Source: Paramecium tetraurelia
Taxonomy: Eukaryota
Reading direction: 5' to 3'
Assembly (NCBI GenBank): GCA_000165425.1
Contig: CT868074.1
Span: forward strand, 310,001-374,000
DNA length: 64,000 nucleotides
Within the stretch, counting starts at the first letter, position 1. Every line of letters starts with the position of its first letter. This document shows positions 54,143 to 64,000 of the stretch, one piece after another. A program made the translations under genes and the position numbers. The notes under the pieces were generated by a model. The model searched no databases, was not told the origin of the DNA, and saw only the letters and a program-made list of their open reading frames with translations.

Positions 54143-55623
54143 TCATAAATTTTTATAAGCTTAGTTTGTAATTTTTGATTTTGTCATACCGGAAGGTGCT
54201 TTTTGAGACTAATCTAATTGAGTGTTTGTAGGTAATAAGATATTGGCTGTTTACAAAGCTTAATAAGTAGGTTGAACCTAGTATGTTGTTGTTTGTTAAG
54301 GCTAATAAATTTGTTATTATGGTAATTAGGTTGTTGTCAGATTGATATATGAAGGTTATGCATGACTAATGACTATTTCTTTTGGACCTTTTGATTTGTT
54401 TGCTTTTTTTTTTTTTTGTGATTCATACTGCTCAGTAATTTTGTATAATGGCTATGGAGAAGTGTCTTAGACTTTTGATTTCCTCTTTTTTTCTTTAGAT
54501 ACACTTTTCATCTAATAGGCTTCATTATCATTATCAGGATAGTAATCATATTATTATTGTCTTCCTCTATTTCTTCGCTGCCAATAAGCATCATCATAAT
54601 CATCTGGATATTCATTTTCTCTAATTAAACTATCCCTAAATACAGGCTCCCTGATAACAATGGGATCTCTATAAATAACTTATTCCATTGGGGGATATGG
54701 ATCATAATATCTGGGTGGAGGTGGGAGATCATAAACAGGGATTTGTTCAACTATTCTTGGAGGAGGAAAGACTTCTGGTTCCATAGGTGGATGATTAAAA
54801 AATGCATATCTTTCTAGAACCCATAAAAATCTAGGGAGAAATGATGGATCAACAAACAGTTGAGGAATATCAACTCCATATTATCTATATTGAGGTGTTG
54901 TAGTTTCTAATAGTTTGATCAATTTTTCAGCTTCATTCAAAATTGTATCGTTTTTTTTCCTTAATTCCTCTTCACAGTATTCAATAACTTTTTCAATAGC
55001 TGCTGCTGGGTTATTGATTGACTCTAAATCTTTGATGTTTTATTCCCATCTGAACTTCATATCCTTTATGGCAGGTTTGACATTTATTTCAGGCAATGGT
55101 TCTTCAATTTAAGTGAGAAGATAAGTCTTCAGAGTCTCAAAATAATTATTGACAATGGCAATAACTTAATCCCTTGCAGATTCTATCAATTTGGTTGGAT
55201 TTGTTTATAATGATTGTTTTCCAACTAATTTATCAGATGTTGCTCTTTCTGACAACTACTGAATTTTATTGATTTAATCACACATTTCATTGCAATCTGC
55301 TGCTAAATTCTAGTAGATTTCTGAAAGTATGGTTTCAAATGGTACAATATTACCTAAAGAATATTTAATTTAAATTTACTTTAACTTTATGTGTGGTATT
55401 AATTCAAATGCTATTGAACACACTTATCGCATAATGGCATTAAGCATTCTGGTTGTCTACAAAAGTATTTGATGTAATTATTTGGACTGTCCTAATGGTA
55501 ATAACACTGAATCTTAGGCATATTATTGGAATCAAATCGATAATGTGGCTAAATTTTCTAAACCGATATTGTTGGCTCATAGATAGAAGCTTAAGGAAGT
55601 TGGGGTATTGATGGGTTATTCAT
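54143..55623 (-). CDS. B-box zinc finger plus coiled-coil protein with Pro/Tyr-rich C-terminus
   Basis: CYYH...KYFCRQPECLMPLCDKCVQQH...H, then a helical region and PPPPRYYDPYPP. The 3' end assumes a terminal intron. Confidence 0.72.
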
Positions 55624-57024
55624 TTTTAATATTTATTATTTCAGTTAATTTAAAAACTGTTAGAAATATAAATTCAATATTCTAATTCTTCTACTTTAGA
55701 TTAATGAGGATGTTAGTTCTAATCTAATTACTATTAACTCCCTTTAATAATATAATTGATTATTCCTCAGTCACTCAAATTTTGTAATTTTCACTTTACT
55801 TATATAATCCATTTACCATTACTTTCTCATACTTCTACTTGTTGTTCTATATGATCACTAATAAATTTAAATGTTAAAATAGTAGATTTAATTAATTATG
55901 ACTAATTAAATTTTAGTTGCTTTTTCGTAGATCTTCAAAACTTATCACAAGATATAATTATTATTTATAATGTTTTATAAAATAATACCATCTAAGTAAT
56001 AATGCTTTCTTTCTTTATATTCTCTGATTGATTTTGTTATTTAAAGTATAATAAAAATTGATTGTTAATTTATTTTGGAAATAAATAAGATTATAATTGT
56101 TTTTTCAACTACACACATTTCCCTTAATAAATACTTCTGTATTGGAATAAAGTTTAAAACTGATTTTGCATAATTGCTTAAGCAATTATGAACTTGAGAT
56201 ATATTTAAATTTTCATTTGGAGGATAAAATATATAAAAAATATGTTTTTAGTGGTTATATTTAATAATTCTTTAGATGATTCGCTCTTTCATACATGTCA
56301 TTTATTTAAATAGGTTTTATTATTATTATAGGACAATAAAAATGTCGAATTCCTAAATATGTATCAAAATTATTTATTTTATAATTTTATTCAGATCTTA
56401 AAACCAGATTTGAAATACTTTATTATAAGAGATGATGTTTAAATTTATATTTTCTTAAAACCAGAAATTTAACAAATGGATAATATTAAATTGAGTTTAA
56501 CAATATAAGATAGCAATATTATTATCTCATAAATATTTAGAGATATACGTGTTGACATCATCAATAGCTTTGTAAAAGTTAGTATAATAATTTACTGGAT
56601 TGGCTAAAAATAAGAATAATACATTAAATAAACAAGATTAATGGGTAAATTCCTTAACACTCTCCATTATTGAGAGCAATTTTCAAAAATCAGTACTTAA
56701 GTTTTTAAGATTTTAATTAATGTGTCTTTTGAATTGTTGGGGATAATATTTAAGTTAAACATTGTTAGAATCCTTTGCATTCCAATAATCTAATTAATGT
56801 TGTAGCTGGAGATGCCCCAATTTACTTTAGGTTTTTTTTGATATTTAATAAATACCAAAAATAATATAGAGTAATTAATCTACAATTAGTAATAATGATG
56901 AAATCAATGATTTTAGTAAATTTGGAGATAATACTTGGAGTATTGGTCAAAATAATGAAAAAAACAATAAAAGCCTTTATCGTAACGATCATTTAATAAT
57001 ATTAAAATAAATTTGAAATTTAAA

Positions 57025-60000
57025 ATGAGAGGAAGATCTATTCATAATTCACAGCCTTTTTAGATGAGGTCTCCACAAAGGGCTATATCCCCTGTTATAC
57101 AAATTGTTCCATCAGTCCCTTAATCAATGAATTTGGATAATATTATAAACCTGAAAATGGAAAAAGTCTTAATGAGTTTTGAAATACAAAGATTAAATTC
57201 TGTTTTATTAGATATAGAAAAAAAAAGAATTGCAATGAAAAACTAGAAGTATATTAAAAATATGAGATTTAAGTTAAAAACTGCAAGAGAGAGAGCAAAT
57301 TCTGCTACTTGAGATATAAAATCAGAAATAATAAATAAACGATATATAACAAAAAGAAAAAAATAGCAGGGATTAATTAAATTAACTTTAAAGAACTTTC
57401 AGCAAATAAGAAAATCAAATAAGAGTAAATTTTGCATTAATTTTCAGGATCAGTTAATGAGCGATGAGATAAAAAAATTACAAGAAGAAAATATATTGCT
57501 AGAATAAAAACTATCCTACCTACTAGAGGTTAATCAATAACAAATTAAAAATGATAACGTGTTATTTTAAAAATCAGGAGGATAGTTAAAAGGAAAAGAG
57601 AATGTACTACCATATAGTTTACAAACTGGATTTGAGAATTTGCAAAATAACATTATGTAGTTTAGAAAGGGCAATTTGTTACAAAATAAATATGCAAATG
57701 CCTTAACGATGTTGTCTGAATTAATGAGTTCTCATCATAGATTGATTAAAAAATATGAGAATAACGATGATAACAATGAAGTTGAAATACAATAAATTTA
57801 AATTTATTTAACCTCATTAAATTAGGATGTAGAAGCACTAAAATAATATGAAACACCAAAAGCTGTGAGAAGAATATTAAATAATGAAAGCCCCACAAAA
57901 GGAAGGTCTTTGTCTCCTTCAATGAGTGCAGGGGAAGTTTTTGCAAAAATAATGAGTCACATAGAGCATCTGTAATTAGATGGTAATAATATTCCTGCCA
58001 TCATAAAATAAATTTCTTTATTAAATTCTTTAGTAAGGTTGAAGAATCAAGATTTAAAACTAATTGGAACTAATAATAAATTGAGATCTTCACCTATCAG
58101 ATACTCTGCTGAAAGATTAAATGCTAGTGTGAGAGTGTTGACTCCGGTAAAGTATGTCAGTCCAATAAGAATTTCTCCAATTAGAAGCCATACATTTCAT
58201 ACAACAGTTGGCATTCCTTAAAAGATATCAATAATTCACTCTAGCAAATAGGATTCAAGTCATAATTTACATAGGTAAGGGTTTATTGAAACAAAGAGAG
58301 ATGATTTAAAAAATATTTTAAGTAAAGTTAGAAAAGTACAAGAGAACACTAATAGATTAGAAAATGAAAAATAAATCAATTAGGAGGAATAATTTTGGAA
58401 ATAAAAATATGAGGAAGAAATTGAGAAATAAAAAAGAGGGTATTCATTAGACAGTGCAGAATATTAGTTATTGGAATAAATTAAAGAAAATTAAGAACTG
58501 TTATCTCAAATTAACTTAATGAAAAATGATTTCCTTTAATAAGAATTATATAATGAAATGGAATTAAAAAAGAAATAGGCTGAGAATAATAAGTTGATGG
58601 AAATGTAGGATTAATAGGAACAATAATAATCATTCTTAAATTTCTAAATTAAAGATCTTTAATAGAAAAATTTAGAAAATGAAAAAGTTAAATAGGACCT
58701 ATTAATTAAATTACAATAAAATGATAAGGAAATGTAGAGATTAAAAAATACAATAAACTAATCAAATTTAAAACCTTAGCAATAGGATAATTATTAAATT
58801 TAACTTTGTGAACCTCTTTTAATTGAAAAAAATAAGAAGTAATTAGAAAGTGAAGATTAATTAAAAGATAAAAATTTGGAACTTCAAGAAAAAATTATCG
58901 AACTCTAAGATGAATTGAATAAAATTTATTCAGAATCAACTAAAACAAGAAGAAATTTTACATAAAAAGAGATTGTTGATCCAGAAAAAGCCATTAGAAT
59001 TAGTTAGTTAGAATAAGAAAATTAAAAATTGTAGGCATAAATAAAAGAAAAAGAATTATAGAGAAAGGATGATCTTAAAGAATTCTAAGAGATGATAGGA
59101 AATGGGATCACGTAATAAAAGGTTGTAGATCTTATTGCAGAAAAGTAGAAACTTCAAGAGCATTTTAGAGTTTTGTAGAACAAGGTCGATGCATTATAAT
59201 AAAATTAAATTAGGTTATAAAGTGAATTATAGAGTAAGAATAAAGAATTAAAAGAATTAGAACAATTTTAGGGTGAATAAAATCAACCTTATATATAAGG
59301 TTAAATAAATTTAAATGATTAAATTAATAATTTGGAAGCCTAATTAATTTTGGCTAAAAAATAATATTAAGAGCTATTAGAAACTTCATAACAAAACTCA
59401 AGTCCAAATGGATTGAAAGAAAAAATATTATAATAATAGGCCTTGATTCATGATTACGAAAATTAAATTAATAACTTATCCAATAAAATAGAGTAGGAAA
59501 TTCCTATTTTGGAAGGACAATTAGCCACTGCAAATTAGTAGATATAGGTTGCTGAGAATGATATTCTTAATTAGGAAAAGAGATATAATGAATTATTAAA
59601 TAATAAGTAATATCTTTAGAATCCAGATACATAAATTCCTAGTGATGATTTGAAAAAGCTTACTGAGAAAAATTAAGAACTTAATCTATAATTGTAATAA
59701 AATAATAGAAAATTGGAAGTTCAATTAGATATAGAAGAAAAGTTGAAAGAAGAGATTAGTGAAAAAGATAGAGAATATAACTTGGCATAATAAATACAAC
59801 AAATTCAATAGGATTAGATAAAGGATTAGTAATAAAAAATTAATAAAATGATAGACAAAGAACAATAATTAATGTAAGAAATAGCAAATTTATCAAGTAA
59901 GATTAATCAACAAAGAGATATAAATGTTGACAATACAAAACAAGATAATTAAAATAATAAAGATGATATCATTTAAATATAAGAAGATGATTCTGCTCTT

Positions 60001-63000
60001 AAAATTAAATAGTTATAAGAGGAATTAAATAAAGTGATTAATGAGAATGTTTTGAAAAACAATGAATGCCAAGTTCTATAGAAATTAAAACCTGAAAATG
60101 AAGAATTGAGAGCACAATAAACCTAATTATATTATCAGATTGTTCAATTATAAAATTAAATTCACAATTTAGAATCTTTTAAACCATCAAAATAACAGGA
60201 TAATGATCAATAATTAACTTTTGAGACTGACCCAGAAAAAACATTAGCTATAAGTTAATTACAATAGCAAATTTAATAATTGAGAAATCAATTGTAAGAG
60301 ATTTAAAATTAACGCGCTGAGGATTTATAAAAATTCAAAGAAATAAATGAGAATGGAGCAGATCAATAACATATAATTGAACTCTTCTAATCTAAATAAA
60401 ATTTAGAATAATAATTGAGAAATCTATAAAATTAGTTAGATAATGCATTATAAGAATAGATTTTGATTTAAGGGTAATTAATATAAAAAAATAAGTAATT
60501 CTCTGAATTTTGCTCAAATTATAATGAGGAAGATTTCAAAAAATAATTGGAAAATTTAAACTAAATAATTTAAGAACAATAAGAGAAGCTCTTATAATCC
60601 AAGTAATAATACCAAGAACTTTTGGAGTTAACCTCTTAAAATTTAACTCCTAATGGACAAAAAGAAAAGTTATTATAATAAGCTAACTAAATACATGAAT
60701 AATAATAGGAAATTTAATTGATGCATCAGTAATTGGATAATGAAGTTCCAAAATTGCAAGGAGCTTTAGCAGAATATAAATAAAAATATAATGATTCATA
60801 AACAGAAATCCATTTACTAATGGAAAGATATCAAAACCTATTAAATCAAAGATCCAAATAAGATTAAAGTAATGATAAAAGTTTTTCAACAAAAAATAAT
60901 AATTTATAAGATACAAATTTATCTGCTTAAAAATATGATGATAAGAATGATTAAACCAATATATCTGATTTTTAAGATGACATAAATCGGAAAAATATTT
61001 TACAAGAATAAGAAATTGCATTAATGCATAAATAATAAGAAAAATTCTCATCAGAATTAGAGGATTTACATAAATAGATAAGTTTAAAAGATTAGGAAAT
61101 TTTGATCCTTAAAAACAAACTTGCTGAAGGGAACACTGAGTTTTGGAAAGAAGAGTATACAAAGTTAGCAACCCAAAATAAGGGAAGCATTAAAACCTAA
61201 ATTTAAGATTCTCCAGAATAATACTTGATTGTTGATCTCCAATAACAAAGTTAGAAATTAATTAATTAAATCGCTGAGATTGAAGCCGAAAGATAAGAAG
61301 ATTTAAGAAAGTTTCAAAAGATTTTAGAGAATGATGGTACTAAGGATAATTCGGTTGTTTAATTATTTTCTGAAAATCAACAACTTCAATAATCTAAGAG
61401 ATAGATGTAAAATTAAATAGATGATCTATTGTAGTAATTAAAAGATCAAAAAGATCTTTAAGATAGCAAGATGATATAAAATTTAGCCAATCAAATATTA
61501 GAGTTAGAGAATTAAAATTAACTCTTATCGAAATAGTTATAGCAATCAAAGGAACAATATCAATAACTTTAAGAATAATTATAAGCTAATTTAACTCCTA
61601 ATGGCTTATAAGAAAAACTTTTGCAAAATACCTAAATTATTCATTAGCAACAAGAACAAATATTAGCATTACAGAATCAAATTTAAACTGATATACCCGA
61701 GGTTACACAATAATTACAAGTAGCAGATTAAAATTAAAAAAAAGCACTAGAGGAAGCTCGAAATTGGAAAGAAAAATATTTGAATTTATTAGAGATTAAA
61801 TAGGAAATCCCTAAAATATAAATTGATGATAATATTATAAAATAGATGAATTTAGAAGAATCCTAAGATTATATATAAACATTAGTTAAGAATTACTAAA
61901 AAGCTAATGAGTAAGAGTAACAAGCTAAAATTCTAATAAATGAATAAAAGAAATTAATTAATTAATATGAAAATTAAATAGAAGCATAACATTCATAAAA
62001 TTCAGATATCATAAAAGAAAACGCCATCCTAAATAAATTAACAGAAACTTAAAACAGTTAAATTGAAAGATTAAGTAAATCTAATCAAGCATAATCTTAA
62101 GAAATGATTGATTTGAAGAATTAATAAAGATAGGAATAATATTGGAAAAATGAATACTAAAAATTAGCTCTAAAGTATGGAGAAGATGTATCAAATAAGT
62201 CTCCAAACTAAGAGGATCTAATAAATTAAATAGATGAAAATATCTAAGTAGAGAGTATTAATGAACTTAAAAATTAAAATGATTTATTACAGTAATAATT
62301 AATTGATTAAATCGAAGAACTAAAACTCACAAAGATTAAATTTTAAGAATAACTGCTTTAGGCTCAAAGATAAATAAATGATTTATTAAACAATTAAATT
62401 CCTTAGCCTACTTAATCATAAGAATCCATTCAATTTTAAAATGATCCTTAGAAAGCCTTATAATTAAGTTAATTAAAATAATAAAATTAGTCTTTAAATA
62501 AATAAATTGAAGAATTAGAATAAATTAGAAAGAAAGATCTTCAAAAGTTCCAAGACATGATTGAGAATGGAATCAATGAAAATTAAATTTTAAGCTTACA
62601 AAAGGAAAAACAAGAATTGCAATCAGAATTAAGAGTTTCAAAGAATAAAGTTGATAACCTTTAATAAGAATAGTTAATTTTGCAAAGTTAATTGACTTAG
62701 AAAACAAAATAATTAATTGATATTCATGATTAGATTTAATTAGATGAAGCTAAAAATGTATAATTATAACTATAGAATGAAAATGATCTTCTAAAGAAAT
62801 AATTGCATAAAATTAAAGAATAATATCAAGAATTACTATAATTATAATCTGAAAATTTAACACCAAATGGCTTATAAGAGAAGATATTATAGTAAACTTA
62901 ATACATTCATGATTTAGAGGAATAGGTTTAAAGTCTATAGCATTAAGTTGAAACTCAAATTCCTTAGCTTTCTGGAGAAATAGTAGAATTGAAATTAAAG

Positions 63001-64000
63001 TTAAAAGATGCTATAACAGATGCTTAATTATGGAATAATAAATATAACGAAGTAATACAAATTTAATAAGAAAGATCTGAAAACTAATTATAAAAACTAC
63101 AATTGCAGATAGCTGAAAAGGATGAAAAAATTGAATAATAAAAACTAAAATTTGATCAATTATTTTAAGAATAGATAAGTTAATTATCTCCATCATCAGC
63201 AAAAGCCAAACTTCTAAAAGCATTTTAATAAATTATTGATTTAGAAGAGAAATTATAAGCAGCTGAAGATTTGAAAAATTAATATTAAAGCTAGCTTATA
63301 AATGTTAACTAATCGAATCAAATCTTAGATGAACTCTAAGAGTATAAACAAAAACTTGAAATGCAAGAAAAAGTTAATTAAATTTAAGATTCCTAGATTT
63401 CATTTTATAAAGAATAGCTCTCTTAGTAGAACCAAACACCCTCTAATTAATAAATAATGGATCAACTTGAAAATGAGAAATAGAAATCGTAATTCTGGAA
63501 ATAGCAGTATACTGAGATGATTAAATAAAAGGAACCTTAAGGAGATTTAAATGAAATTATAAAATAAAAAGAAGGCGAAATAGTATAATAGTTTAAATAA
63601 CCTTAAGATTAAAATAGTTAAGCATTTCTTAAAGAGATTGAAGATTTGAAAAAATAAAATATCTATCTTTAATAATTAATAATCAATACACAAAGTAAAT
63701 TAAAAACCTAAGAATAAAAAGAGCAATTTTAGGAAGAATACTCTTAGGATTAAGAGAAATAAAGTCTTGGATTATAGAATTAGGCTTTGGCTAAATAAGT
63801 GGAGGAATTGAAAAGAATAAATTAAGAGTATTATTATTTTATTATATACTAGTATTCTTTAATAAATGAATAAGGCTCTTAGTGGAGATGATAAGTCGTA
63901 ATTAATATCAGAATTGCTTTAGAAGAATACTCTCTTGAATTTAGCAAACTCTAAACTTCTAATTGATTTGGAAGCAAATCAAAAGGAATTGTTTAGATAG
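57025..64000 (+). CDS. Giant Gln-rich coiled-coil protein with internal repeats (3'-truncated by the window)
   Basis: MRGRSIHNSQPF... then >2000 codons of Q/E/K/L-rich frame with SPIR motifs and four NLTPNG-type repeats. Apparent homopolymer frameshifts at ~57215-57365; intron near 63828. Confidence 0.85.

Noticed and set aside
57210..57370. Programmed ribosomal frameshifting at A-runs in the giant coiled-coil gene
   Set aside because: The shifts coincide with homopolymers like other indels in this window. Euplotes-type stop-dependent shifting is not expected where TAA is Gln, so sequencing error is simpler.
1..64000. Telomeric repeats, retained IESs, transposases, tRNA/rRNA genes, CRISPR or prokaryotic defence systems
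   Set aside because: None recognised. There are no G3T3/G4T2 runs, and gene interruptions fit GT..AG introns or 1-nt indels rather than TA-bounded inserts. Small ncRNAs could be missed by eye.

Overview
This is very AT-rich, gene-dense eukaryotic DNA that reads as a ciliate macronuclear chromosome, most likely Paramecium. Genes open only with genetic code 6 (TAA/TAG = Gln, TGA the sole stop). They carry tiny ~20-30 nt GT..AG introns, and intergenic gaps are often under 50 nt. The supplied standard-code ORF track is therefore mostly fragments or antisense shadows. Manual code-6 translation gives about 30 genes: MORN protein, Cys-repeat surface antigen, VPS9 GEF, SNF1/AMPK-like, AGC and NEK kinases, HSF, CXC/tesmin, OSCA/TMEM63 channel, orphan Cache-domain receptor, SCP-x thiolase, BIG/Sec7 ARF-GEF, NDUFA8, small EF-hand protein, M1 aminopeptidase, 2-TM channel-like protein, scramblase, DHH/DHHA1 phosphoesterase, Myb, truncated globin, bL19m, ZMYND10, SMS-like lipid phosphotransferase, B-box protein and large Q-rich coiled-coil proteins. 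I saw no RNA genes, transposons, telomeric repeats or CRISPR, and no multi-gene novel system is evident. The best leads are a membrane-anchored 2/2 globin with an atypical distal pocket head-to-head with bL19m, an ENaC-like 2-TM protein, an effector-less Cache receptor and an intronless DHH nuclease. All coordinates and family calls come from reading by eye, with no searches run.
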